The notes beneath the pieces are model-generated. The model made no database searches. It had not been told where the DNA came from and was given only the letters and a program-made list of their open reading frames with translations. From a virus, in IMG/VR virus record IMGVR_UViG_3300032285_002244, positions 6,777 to 70,776 of that record: a stretch of 64,000 nucleotides of DNA; one strand, written 5' to 3'. The position numbers and the translations under genes were made by a program. Of the stretch, positions 19,213 to 29,119 are shown piece by piece; position 1 is the stretch's first letter, and each line of letters starts with the position of its first letter.

Positions 19213-19742
19213 TGGTTCTTAAAGTCAATCATGCCGCGCATCTGGCGAGCAGATAGGAATCTGCTTACTGGTGGAACTTCACCGCCGACTTTCTTAGCCC
19301 AAGAATCTCCTGCGCGGGTGCGAGAGGTTGAGTGTACTGGTGCTGGTACTGCTGGATAATCTTGTGCGTGTTGCTGTGCTTCAGTCCACAACTTAGTTGC
19401 TAATCCTTGGCGGCGATGCTGTGGGTGTGTCTCAACTGCATCAACTCTGCCTTCTCTATTGAGCACCATGTTAGAGAGATACTTACCTGATTGCTTATCA
19501 CTGAGAATGTAGAGATGTGGGTGAGCAGGTGTGAGGTTTGGATGATACTCAACCCTATGTTCACCAGATTCCCACGCCGCAGGTGGTGAACTATCTGGGT
19601 GCGCTGAACGAATATGTGCAGCATGACGTTCATCAGAGAAGAAAGATGCAGGACAAGCGTGACATCCTAAAGCAGGATACTTAGTTGTACTACCCTCTTC
19701 ACGAGGTAGGTCTCCACCGTACTTATCTGTTGGGGCGCTCAT
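19209..19742 (-). CDS. C2H2 Zn finger plus GNAT acetyltransferase
   Basis: CHAC...H....H; acetyl-CoA motif VETHPQHRRQGLATKL. Confidence 0.75.
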   Translation of the reverse strand: MSAPTDKYGGDLPREEGSTTKYPALGCHACPASFFSDERHAAHIRSAHPDSSPPAAWESGEHRVEYHPNLTPAHPHLYILSDKQSGKYLSNMVLNREGRVDAVETHPQHRRQGLATKLWTEAQQHAQDYPAVPAPVHSTSRTRAGDSWAKKVGGEVPPVSRFLSARQMRGMIDFKNQ

Positions 19743-19815
19743 AGATAAATAATAAAGCTACTGCCTAGCTTTTACTGGATAAAAAAATATTTCATAGGGG
19801 TGGTAGGCTCTTTAT

Positions 19816-20463
19816 ATGGGAATCGAGAGGTCTATAGAAGCTGGCAAAAAGAACTTTGCTGAAGCCAATGCTAGAAGAAGAGCAGCGAGTGCTCCTAGAC
19901 GTGCTGCTGAAGCATTAACTAAAGAAGAGCGTCAACGTCGCATACTTATCAAAAGACTTATGAAAGCTATAAAGCGTTATGCCAAAGCTAGGGAGAGAGA
20001 ACTACTCAATAACCAACACGGCGTTATCGTAGGAGATTACAGTCGTTGTAAGAGGAATAACGGAACTGCATGTGAGCCTTGCAAGGCTATCGCTGCTAAA
20101 TATGTGAGTGATAAGTGGGCAACTGACCCTAAGTACAAAGCCAGGGAAAAAGAGTGGTACAAGAATAACCCCCATAAGCGTCCACCCAAAAGTAGAGACC
20201 GTGCCCGTAGAACGGGAGCAAAGCGTAGTTATTACACCCGTCAACAGGTATTTGACCGTGATGGCTATGATTGTTATATCTGCCATACGACAGTTGATTT
20301 AACTGCAACACATATCCAAGGGCAACCTGGTTGGGAAACCTACCCGCATATTGAGCATGTAATCCCCCTGTCTCTAGGTGGGGACGATACCCTCGAAAAC
20401 GTCAAAATAGCTCACGCCAAGTGCAACATCGATAAAGGCACCAATCTTCTGGCTACTGCCTAA
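19816..20463 (+). CDS. HNH endonuclease
   Basis: RDGYDCYIC...IEHVIPLSLGGDDTLENVKIAHAKCN. Confidence 0.88.
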   Translation: MGIERSIEAGKKNFAEANARRRAASAPRRAAEALTKEERQRRILIKRLMKAIKRYAKARERELLNNQHGVIVGDYSRCKRNNGTACEPCKAIAAKYVSDKWATDPKYKAREKEWYKNNPHKRPPKSRDRARRTGAKRSYYTRQQVFDRDGYDCYICHTTVDLTATHIQGQPGWETYPHIEHVIPLSLGGDDTLENVKIAHAKCNIDKGTNLLATA

Positions 20464-21285
20464 CCTCCACACCCTCAACCATGTCTCCAACCTGGACGTA
20501 CTGTGGGGAAATTTGACCTAACTATGGGTGGGTGTCGTAACTTCTTTATCAATTACATTTACTACTTGTTTATTTAACTTGTATTTATTGTTCTATTTAC
20601 GCACGAATAGTTACACAATTAAATAGTTTGATAGCGGAATTGATAGCGAGATTAAATTACTTTCGGCTACTGCTATTTAATTGTTATTTAATGCTGCGAA
20701 TAACACCAGCCTTACAGCCACCTTGCCTTGTTGTTATCAACTATTACACACGCATATAACTATTGTTATTCACTTACTATTTACAATATGAAACACATAT
20801 CATTTACTAAGTATTGTTAAGTAGTTATGTATCAATAGTTATATGTATTCATATTCAATAACCACAACACATAGTTATCTCTTATCTATTCTCTCTCTCT
20901 CTTTAGTTATTAGTAATCATTATTTATTTATATCTAAGGGGGCTACGCCCCCTATAACCCCCGACCTTCTTTACTATTAGTTTTATACGCTAACTATTTA
21001 ATTATGTAAATCAGATGCTATTAACAATAACTATTTAACTAAATAAGTTATGTAACTTCTTTTACTACATAACTAAATAGTTATTACAAACTACTTATCT
21101 TCTTATTACTTATATATAAATATCATTACTGAATAAAATAAATGCGCAATTAAATTCTTTTGGCTCTTTTGTCGGTGGCGGTGGCTAGGGTCTATCTATG
21201 GTCAAAATTTGCCCCTGCTCACGCTCAAAACACGCACACTTTTGCCTACTTGCGTATCGGGTAGGAGTTCGACTACAATTTCGCT
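20464..21285. other. AT-rich non-coding region, candidate genome terminus/entry end
   Basis: No ORF of 60 aa or more; abrupt composition change at about 20520. Confidence 0.5.
21250..21279 (+). promoter_or_regulatory. Sigma70/SigA-type early promoter
   Basis: TTGCGT (21250)-N18-TACAAT (21274). Confidence 0.6.
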
Positions 21286-21625
21286 ATCGGTTAGCCCTTC
21301 GGTCTTTGAACAGGTTAATGAATAAAAAACAAAAATTGTTTTTGGTATTCATATAAATTATTTTTGTAATTGTTAATCGCGCACTTGCGCTAAATAAATG
21401 ATTAACGATTATATAAAAATAAATATCTAACGCTTTTATTAAGGTAACAAGTTACTTAGGACTAACCGAATTGGGCAGACAAACTTCTGCTAGTAAATAA
21501 CTTCCGCGAAACCAACGCAATTAGTTATTACTACTACTACGGATTAACAATTAAATACTTTCTATCGCTCACTTGTTGTTACTTGTTATGAGCAAGTAAT
21601 GACAAGTGAGTGGTGGTGAGTAGTT
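21286..21625 (+). ncRNA. Putative structured RNA / long 5' leader
   Basis: Nested stems with G-U wobbles on the + strand; begins about 7 nt after the -10 box. Confidence 0.55.
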
Positions 21626-21670
21626 AAACTTCTTTAACACTCAACAACAACTAATGAAACGGAGTAACAA

Positions 21671-21958
21671 ATGACAACAACAACAACACGCAACACAGAA
21701 AATATCGTTACACGCAATCGCCGTTATCAAAACGCAAAAGAACGCGCAGACAAAGTAAATAAATCACTTGCGTATTTCTCAGAAGTAGTTGGTGTTCAAC
21801 TTACTGATGAACAAGTTGAAAAAATTGTCAATCACAGTAGCAGTTTCGCGTTACTAACACAGTTCGCTGATAGTTCTTATGCGTTGTATTCAGACTTTTG
21901 CGAACAACACAATTACAAAGAAAAAGATATTACTTACCTTTATCCATACATACACTAA
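21671..21958 (+). CDS. Early hypothetical protein
   Basis: GGAG RBS; first gene of the plus-strand operon. Confidence 0.75.
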   Translation: MTTTTTRNTENIVTRNRRYQNAKERADKVNKSLAYFSEVVGVQLTDEQVEKIVNHSSSFALLTQFADSSYALYSDFCEQHNYKEKDITYLYPYIH

Positions 21959-21968
21959 GGAGTAACAA

Positions 21969-22145
21969 ATGACTAACAAAATTAAATTAACAAATCGTGG
22001 CAAGTGGGTTGTTGGAATAACAATCGCAATCATTACTTATTTAATCTTTAGTTGGTTGTATGAAATAACAACTCCCGATACTTGTAAAGTGCCGATAGAT
22101 GAAATGTCGCACTTTTGTATTGACCTTCTTTATCCGCACTCATAA
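21969..22145 (+). CDS. Small membrane protein
   Basis: MTNKIKLTNRGKWVVGITIAIITYLIFSWLY...; AAGGAG RBS. Confidence 0.7.
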   Translation: MTNKIKLTNRGKWVVGITIAIITYLIFSWLYEITTPDTCKVPIDEMSHFCIDLLYPHS

Positions 22146-22169
22146 CAACAAATAGAAACGGAGTAACAA

Positions 22170-22277
22170 ATGACAATCGCAACAATAGATGAACAAGGCA
22201 TAACACTTCTCGTAGATGATGATGTAACTAATTACTCGCAACTCGTATCTTTACTGAATAAAAAGGAGAATAAATAA
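22170..22277 (+). CDS. 35-aa microprotein
   Basis: Same GAAACGGAGTAACAAATG leader as 21671. Confidence 0.55.
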   Translation: MTIATIDEQGITLLVDDDVTNYSQLVSLLNKKENK

Positions 22278-22543
22278 TGAAGGTTAAATTGCGTAAAAAA
22301 AACAAGTTAGATATACAAAACAATCTCGCAGTAACTATCGAGATTAAAAACGCATTGGAGTTTATTCACCCTGAATTAACTCCTGATGAAGTAAAAGATA
22401 AGTTGGTCTTTCTCCTAGCGACTATCGCTGACCCAACACTTCTTAAATACCTAAACAATCAATACCTAGAAAAAGCAAATACAAAAGTTGATGAAGTTAC
22501 GGAACTTTATTCAACCTTTTTTAGCGATACCGAAAACAACTAA
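22277..22543 (+). CDS. Early hypothetical protein
   Basis: AAGGAG RBS. Confidence 0.7.
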   Translation: MKVKLRKKNKLDIQNNLAVTIEIKNALEFIHPELTPDEVKDKLVFLLATIADPTLLKYLNNQYLEKANTKVDEVTELYSTFFSDTENN

Positions 22544-22570
22544 CAACAACTAACAGAAACGGAAAACAAA

Positions 22571-23887
22571 ATGTCTTACTCAATACTAATTAGCGCAACA
22601 ACAAACAACGCAGATGTAATACAGCAACACTTGTTAATCGAACACAATGGTAAGAAAACTATTTGGTCAAGGGAAACCAATGGTGGTCGTGGTGAAGTTA
22701 ATGCGTGGTCATTACAGGATTACGCAGATATAACAACACGCAATAGTGCGAACTTTATTATCGGTGAAGTTCTTTCCTCTCCACTAACCGAAGTTGATAT
22801 TGACGCAGTAGAAAATAATTACAAGCCAAATGTTTTGATACAAAAACTTTCAAAACAATATGGACTACGCCATAAAGAAGTTAGCACTCAAACACTAGGA
22901 GAAGTAATGACAGAAGTTACGGCACTAATTGATAGCGACTCACAACAACTAGAGAAGTATCGGTCAGACGGCAGAAGCGACAAACAAGCCACCACCCCGA
23001 AAAAATCTGACCCACAAGTTGTTGAACCAATTATAGAAATCGTAAGACAACAACCAATAACAACTTCACAAGAAGTTATTGGTAATTATGTAATTCATAT
23101 TCCAACAAAAGATGAAGTTGGAAATTATATTCCGCGAGTATTTGACGGAATAACAGAAAAGAAGTTTTGGGATTACGCAATCAATCACAAAGCCAATGTT
23201 CTTTTAGAAGGCGGTGCTGGCACAGGTAAAACTTCTAGCCCGTTACACGATAGTTATTTGCGACAACAAGGTTGTGTGTTAGTCGGTTGTTCAGTAGGAC
23301 TTGAAGTAAGTCATCTACTTGGCAAAGTTGTTATTGACCCAACAAGTGGAAAACCAACTTGGGTTGATGGCGTATTAACACAAGCGATGAAAAATGGAGA
23401 CAGAATTATTTTTGATGAAGTGGATTTTGCGCACCCTAAAGTGTTACAACGAATTCAAGATGTAGCACAAAATCGCAAACTAACACTTATTGAAAATGGT
23501 GGTGAAGTTGTTGTAGCACACCCACACTTCTCTTTAGTCGCTACTTACAATAACGGCTATCGTCATAGCAACAAATTAAACGAAGCGTTCTTAGATAGAT
23601 TTACAAAGGTTCGCTTTGATTACGACAACGATATTGAAAAGCAGATTATTAAATCAACAACACTTCTACAACTCGCAAACCAAATGAGAGCAGACAGTAT
23701 TAGTGGTTTATATTCGACACCAATATCACTTCGTATTCTCAATCGCTTTCAACAACAAGCACAAGAACTTAACTTCGAGTTCGCTTCAACTTCTTTTGTA
23801 ATGAACTTTACAGATGAGGAACGCTCAAGTGTGAAACTTCTTTTGGAAGCACACCGCACACAACTTGAACAAGAACTATCAAACTAA
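22571..23887 (+). CDS. MoxR/CobS-like AAA+ ATPase
   Basis: GGAGTGKT, WVDGVLTQAM, IIFDEVD, ATYN, LNEAFLDRF. Confidence 0.88.
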   Translation: MSYSILISATTNNADVIQQHLLIEHNGKKTIWSRETNGGRGEVNAWSLQDYADITTRNSANFIIGEVLSSPLTEVDIDAVENNYKPNVLIQKLSKQYGLRHKEVSTQTLGEVMTEVTALIDSDSQQLEKYRSDGRSDKQATTPKKSDPQVVEPIIEIVRQQPITTSQEVIGNYVIHIPTKDEVGNYIPRVFDGITEKKFWDYAINHKANVLLEGGAGTGKTSSPLHDSYLRQQGCVLVGCSVGLEVSHLLGKVVIDPTSGKPTWVDGVLTQAMKNGDRIIFDEVDFAHPKVLQRIQDVAQNRKLTLIENGGEVVVAHPHFSLVATYNNGYRHSNKLNEAFLDRFTKVRFDYDNDIEKQIIKSTTLLQLANQMRADSISGLYSTPISLRILNRFQQQAQELNFEFASTSFVMNFTDEERSSVKLLLEAHRTQLEQELSN

Positions 23888-23922
23888 GGCTCAACACGAA
23901 AAACTAACAGAAGGGAAATAAA

Positions 23923-25842
23923 ATGTTTTTACAAGAGCAAACAGATGAACGACAAAAAGCACTAGCAATTAAACACAATCGCGTAACAAAGTTAGCAAGC
24001 ATATTTGCGAGAGCAAATAGTGTGCTGACAGGAAAACGAATTGCGGTTAATGTTGTAAATCAAGAACACCAAAAATCTCCTGCTTGGTCAAGCACAAATG
24101 AACTCTGGTTGAACCTTGCGGAGATTAAAGATGATTTAACTGCTCAAAGTATTTTGTCTTATCAAGGCTTAAATTTCCACGAACTTAGTCATATCAAGTT
24201 TTCACCCCGTAATGGAAGCGAACTTGTTAAGTGGGTTAAGGAAAACAATTTATGGCAAGCGTTTAATTGTTTAGAGGACAACCGAATTGAAAACCTTATG
24301 GTTGCCTATCTACCAACAGTTTCAAATTGGCTGACCGCAACAATTACTGATTACTTGATGTGTAATGATGAAGCAATTAAAACTGCTTATCCACTTGTTA
24401 CAGGTCGCAGATACTTACCAATCGAAATGCGCAATCTAGCAAAAGATAATTATGCTAGACCGCAAGATGTTGATGAGTTGTATTCAATCGTTGATGAATA
24501 TATAGGTTTAATTTTTGAAGGCAATCCTTCTGCTACCGAACAAGCAAAACCACTTCTTACACGCTTTAACGAATTGTTAGAGCAACTTCCACCAATACCA
24601 AATCCAAATGGTGGAGAAGGTGGAGAAGGTGGCACAACAGTTATCTATCGTGTTCATAATCCTAATGGTCATAATCACCGACCAACAGAAGGATACGAAA
24701 GCAGTAGCAATCGCCCTGCTGGTAAATCTCAACAAGAACAATTTAGAGATAAGTCAAAAGCGAAAGATACTTCTAAAGAAAAAGTAATTGTTATAGATGT
24801 TCGTAACGATACAAAAGAAGGTAGCGATACTTCTGCTGGCGAGTCAAAAGAACAATCACTAAATCAATCAAGTGGAAATGATTTTAGTGATTTTAATTTT
24901 GATGAGCAATCTCCTAGTGATTTAGAAGGTGGAGAGTCTGCTGGTAATCAAGAAGGAACAACAGGAGATAATCAACAAGTAACCGAAACTCTTGACGGCA
25001 TTATGAAAGATATTGTTAAAGAACTTTCAAAAGACATTAACCAAATTGCGAAGCAACTAGGAATTAGTGTTGATTTAGAAGGTGGCAATATCGAAACACC
25101 TACTCGCGCACACTACAAAGATGTAACCGCTAATCCTGAATTGGTGCTTATATCTAAAGCGTTTGGAAAAGAGTTAGAGCGTTTGCGTTCTAACTACGAA
25201 CCTTATTGGGAAACAGAAGTGGATAATGGTCGCTTAAATGTTACTCGGTATCTTGACGGCAACGACTTCGATACAGTTTTTGATGAGTGGCAAGAAGGCA
25301 AAGATGATGTTACTTCTATTGAAGCAGTTATTCTTTTAGATAAAAGTGGCTCAATGAGTGGAGAAAATTCTGACAATGCTTACAAGTCAATGTGGGCTAT
25401 CAAGAAGGCACTTGAACAAGTAGAAGCACGAACAACAGTTTGTTTGTTCGATAGCAGAACAACACTTCTTTATAGTGCTGATGAAAGAGCAGGAAGCACT
25501 ATTAGAGATAGTGGTGCTAGTGGTGGCACTAATCCTTGCGACAGTTTGTTATACGCAAAGAAGGTCTTAGCAGATACAGATAAGAAAATTCGTATCTTGT
25601 TTATGATTACTGACGGCGCGTGGGAAACAGAAGCAGGAGAAAAAGCCATTACTGAAATGCGCAACGCTGGTGTTCTTACTTGCCAAGCGTATTTAGATAG
25701 TGGAGAAGCAAGGAAAGAATACCTAGAGAAATTGCGCCATAGTTTTGAGTTACTAACTCATATCAAATCCGCAAAAGATATTGCGATACTTGGTAAAGAG
25801 TTAGTTCGGTTAGCAATCGCTCGCAATCTAATCAATCACTAA
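23923..25842 (+). CDS. CobT-like VWA protein with N-terminal HExxH domain
   Basis: FHELSH...FNCLEDNRIE; acidic linker; MIDAS LLDKSGSM, GGT, ITDG. Confidence 0.85.
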   Translation: MFLQEQTDERQKALAIKHNRVTKLASIFARANSVLTGKRIAVNVVNQEHQKSPAWSSTNELWLNLAEIKDDLTAQSILSYQGLNFHELSHIKFSPRNGSELVKWVKENNLWQAFNCLEDNRIENLMVAYLPTVSNWLTATITDYLMCNDEAIKTAYPLVTGRRYLPIEMRNLAKDNYARPQDVDELYSIVDEYIGLIFEGNPSATEQAKPLLTRFNELLEQLPPIPNPNGGEGGEGGTTVIYRVHNPNGHNHRPTEGYESSSNRPAGKSQQEQFRDKSKAKDTSKEKVIVIDVRNDTKEGSDTSAGESKEQSLNQSSGNDFSDFNFDEQSPSDLEGGESAGNQEGTTGDNQQVTETLDGIMKDIVKELSKDINQIAKQLGISVDLEGGNIETPTRAHYKDVTANPELVLISKAFGKELERLRSNYEPYWETEVDNGRLNVTRYLDGNDFDTVFDEWQEGKDDVTSIEAVILLDKSGSMSGENSDNAYKSMWAIKKALEQVEARTTVCLFDSRTTLLYSADERAGSTIRDSGASGGTNPCDSLLYAKKVLADTDKKIRILFMITDGAWETEAGEKAITEMRNAGVLTCQAYLDSGEARKEYLEKLRHSFELLTHIKSAKDIAILGKELVRLAIARNLINH

Positions 25843-25850
25843 AGAAGTTA

Positions 25851-25878
25851 TGAGGGCAGATAAATAAATCTGCCCTCA
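25851..25878 (+). promoter_or_regulatory. Intergenic stem-loop without U-tract
   Basis: TGAGGGCAGAT-loop-ATCTGCCCTCA. Confidence 0.55.
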
Positions 25879-25920
25879 ACACGAAAAACTTACAATCAAC
25901 TAATAGAAACGGAAAACAAA

Positions 25921-26508
25921 ATGAAGCATAGTGAATTAAATGTTGGTGTTGAATACGCAGTAATTCCTAGTTGGACTTACTCGTCAAAGAGTGCTATGGA
26001 TATAGACAAAGTTAGAGAAAATGATGTTGTAAAAGCAGTTCTACTTTCTGCTGATAAGTATGAGTATGAAGCAAGTCAAAGAAGTTCTGACCCAACTTCT
26101 TTTAAGAAAGCAGAAGCAGGTAATAGAAGTGTTGGTGTTCTTGTAAAGGCAACAGATAAAAATGGTAGTGATGTTTATTGGACTTCACGCCTTACTCATA
26201 TTGTTGCGCCTTACGCAGTATTAGAACCTAAGTGGCAAAAAGCAAAGCAAGATGAGGAAGCAAAAGAACGCGAACAAAACGAGATACGAAACAGGGTTAA
26301 GGAACACCAGGCGCGTGTGAGTGCGGAAGTTGAACGCTCTCGTAATTCAGTAATCAATACTGCTAAAGAACTCTTAGGGGCAACAAGTGATGTAGAAGTT
26401 GATACTAGGGGTTACGAATTGGAATATCGCGGTGTTGTAAATTTATCAATCTCCGAGTTTGAGTTACTTGTCGAACTCGCTTATCAAGGAAAGAGTGCGG
26501 TGGCTTAA
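25921..26508 (+). CDS. Early hypothetical protein
   Basis: 195-aa ORF with repeated leader. Confidence 0.75.
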   Translation: MKHSELNVGVEYAVIPSWTYSSKSAMDIDKVRENDVVKAVLLSADKYEYEASQRSSDPTSFKKAEAGNRSVGVLVKATDKNGSDVYWTSRLTHIVAPYAVLEPKWQKAKQDEEAKEREQNEIRNRVKEHQARVSAEVERSRNSVINTAKELLGATSDVEVDTRGYELEYRGVVNLSISEFELLVELAYQGKSAVA

Positions 26509-26761
26509 ATGATTATCGAACTATCAAATGACCAACTCGCATTACTTCTAAAGGTGCTTGGTAAAGAAAAGGCTTATCTAAATGCTGGTGGGTTCTACGC
26601 AAGTGCGCACTTAGTTAGTGCGTTACAAGAACACTTAAAGAACAATGCTAAAGAAGGTGTGTAATGAACTTATGGAATTGGTTTATGGAAACACCCGAAA
26701 AAGTATTGATACTAATAATCGTAATACCAATAGCGGTTTATGTAATCGCAGATAGGAATAA

Positions 26762-27145
26762 ATGATGTTAATAGATGAAGCACTAACAACCCGTTATGAG
26801 AAAAAACCTAGAGTTTATTATTTCGTAGAAGCAAGTAATGGGGGCAGGTTAATTCGCGGTTCTTGGCGTGATATGTATTCACACGCGGTTATCGCTTGCC
26901 CTAAAGAACTTAACTATGAAAACGAAATATCTTATGGTTCTTTCCATAGCAGTAAGCAGTTAGCAGAACGCTCTAAGAAGTCTTGGGAAAACTATCAAAA
27001 GAAGGCTGGTAGTAATTACGAAGGTATGACTTGGGAAGTAGTGGAAGTAAAAAAGATTACTGCTAAAGAAGCAAGACAATTAAAGAACGCAGATAGAAAA
27101 GCATTAAAGGCTTGGAGAGAAAAACAGGTGCTAGTAAATAACTAG
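26762..27145 (+). CDS. Early hypothetical protein
   Basis: ORF with AGGA RBS. Confidence 0.7.
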   Translation: MMLIDEALTTRYEKKPRVYYFVEASNGGRLIRGSWRDMYSHAVIACPKELNYENEISYGSFHSSKQLAERSKKSWENYQKKAGSNYEGMTWEVVEVKKITAKEARQLKNADRKALKAWREKQVLVNN

Positions 27146-27164
27146 CCTTCAACACGAAAAAGAA

Positions 27165-27887
27165 ATGGAAAACAAAATGACTACAAATACAAAACGCAGA
27201 ACTGGTGGTGCGAAAGGTGCTAATGGTTATGGCGAATACAAAGTTAGATACGCAAGTGAAAGACAGACCTATTTCATAAAGAAGTTACTGGCTCAAAAGA
27301 AGCACAACTACGGAGAGTTAGATTTAACAACTCTTAATGTTCAAGGTGCTGGAGATGTAATCAATGAACTATTAAAGTGTCCTGATAAAGAAGGTTATGT
27401 AGAAGCACCAACAGAAAAACAACTTTCTTTTGCCCAATCTTTAATTACCAATAAAGAAGGTGGCACAGAACTTCTTAATAAGTTACTTAGTTCTCACAAC
27501 GCAACTTCTTTAGACCAACTTAGTAAGCAAGTAGTGTCTGGGATTATCAACACGCTAAAACTAGCAAAAGAAGTTCCACTATCAATAACCGAAGTAGGCG
27601 CGTATTTGAAAGACGCAACTATTTACTCAATTCGCAAAAGTAAAGAAAGCACAGTATTTCAAGTGTGGTCTTACAACAAAGATATGAATAAGTATCTTAG
27701 AGAACCAAACAACAATAAAGAAAAAGAGTTACTAAAGACATTACAACCAACAGACAGACTTACTTTAGAACTCGCAATTAGATACTCGGCTCAAACAGGA
27801 ATATGTGTCCATTGTGGGCGCACTCTTACGCTATTAAAGAGTGTGGCTGGCGGTATGGGTGCGGTATGCGCTAAGAGGTATCGCTAA
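27165..27887 (+). CDS. DUF6011-like Zn-finger protein
   Basis: ASERQ/PTEKQ repeats; C-terminal CVHCGRTLT...S...GMGAVCAKR; start probably 27177. Confidence 0.7.
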   Translation: MENKMTTNTKRRTGGAKGANGYGEYKVRYASERQTYFIKKLLAQKKHNYGELDLTTLNVQGAGDVINELLKCPDKEGYVEAPTEKQLSFAQSLITNKEGGTELLNKLLSSHNATSLDQLSKQVVSGIINTLKLAKEVPLSITEVGAYLKDATIYSIRKSKESTVFQVWSYNKDMNKYLREPNNNKEKELLKTLQPTDRLTLELAIRYSAQTGICVHCGRTLTLLKSVAGGMGAVCAKRYR

Positions 27888-28213
27888 TGTTAATTACTGC
27901 TAAAGAACTTAAAGCGTATATTGATAAGTGGTATGGACACGATTTAGACCAACCATTGTTCTTTATATGTATGGATAAAGGCGAATTACATAACTATCAA
28001 TTTGAACAACTATCGCAATACCAAACTGCTAATGACTTACCAATAGATTTAGTGGAAAAAGTATTTGACCAAATTAGTGAATACGATAGTTTTTGGGATA
28101 CCTTAAAAGACACTATCGAATACGAAGTTGATAATTGGGTAGTTAAACAAGACACAACCGAAATAGAAAACTTAGATAAAGAACTATGGGGAGATACAAA
28201 TGAAAGTAAGTGA
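27887..28213 (+). CDS. Acidic hypothetical protein ending KELWGDTNESK
   Basis: Coupled ORF. Confidence 0.7.
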   Translation: MLITAKELKAYIDKWYGHDLDQPLFFICMDKGELHNYQFEQLSQYQTANDLPIDLVEKVFDQISEYDSFWDTLKDTIEYEVDNWVVKQDTTEIENLDKELWGDTNESK

Positions 28214-28532
28214 GTTACAAGAACTGCTAAAGAAGTATGAACCTGATACGCAAGTAATTGTTGCGATATGGGATAAAGAGTGCTTCAAGGCTATGGACAC
28301 AGAGGAAAGATTAGTTACGGATAAAGAGTGGGATTATGTAGCAGAAAAGTTTAATGTTGGACTACACGATTTAACTCTTGGTGCTTCAATCCGTAATGTA
28401 TTAGAAAACGAAATAGAAATACAAAATAAAAAAACAGACGAGTTTATATCTGACTATATGGCTAGTTATCTAGCAGGAGTAACAGATGAACAACTATGGG
28501 ATAGCCCCACAACGAAAAAAGGAGAACAGTAA
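28200..28532 (+). CDS. Acidic hypothetical protein (possible paralog of 27887)
   Basis: MKVSELQELL; EQLWD near C-terminus. Confidence 0.7.
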   Translation: MKVSELQELLKKYEPDTQVIVAIWDKECFKAMDTEERLVTDKEWDYVAEKFNVGLHDLTLGASIRNVLENEIEIQNKKTDEFISDYMASYLAGVTDEQLWDSPTTKKGEQ

Positions 28533-29119
28533 TGGCAACACAGAAAGTCGTAGTAGGCAATAAGCAAAAGAAATCTCACTTAACACTTCCAAAAGAAACT
28601 GCGGAAATCCTAAAGAACTTAGCCTTCAAAGAACGCAAAGCGTATGCTGAAGCGTTATGTAACAAAGGCTGGACTTATCAAAGTATCGCTGATGTATTGG
28701 GTCTTAGCAGACAAGCAATAGAGCAATATGTTAAATCCAATTCGGTAAAGAGTGGAGAAGTAAGAGCGCAGATTATTGACTTGCCTATTCCTGAATTACC
28801 TACTACACCAATCTATAAGTCGCAGATAGTAGAAGCAGACCCACAAGTAATCGCAGAACTAAAAGAACTTCACTCCAAAGCAAAATTAGTTAGGGGTAAA
28901 GGTAAGGCTTATCGAAAGGAAGCAGAGTTATTTACTAAGTTGGCTTGGGAACAATGCCAAAATGGTATAACTATTTATTCTTTAGCAAAGTCTTTAGGTA
29001 TAACCAATGGCGCATTAACTTTTAGATTTGTGCGTTATGGATATATGAAATCAAATGGAAAAGCAAAGGTCTTTAGACAACTAACAAATAGGGAGAGTTT
29101 AGATGAGCGCAGTAATTGA
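28532..29119 (+). CDS. Tandem HTH DNA-binding protein
   Basis: GWTYQSIADVLGLSRQAIEQY and GITIYSLAKSLGITNGAL. Confidence 0.75.
   Translation: MATQKVVVGNKQKKSHLTLPKETAEILKNLAFKERKAYAEALCNKGWTYQSIADVLGLSRQAIEQYVKSNSVKSGEVRAQIIDLPIPELPTTPIYKSQIVEADPQVIAELKELHSKAKLVRGKGKAYRKEAELFTKLAWEQCQNGITIYSLAKSLGITNGALTFRFVRYGYMKSNGKAKVFRQLTNRESLDERSN

Noticed and set aside
20464-21670. CRISPR array or tRNA cluster in the long non-coding gap
   Set aside because: No regularly spaced repeats with unique spacers; no cloverleaf with T-loop consensus seen
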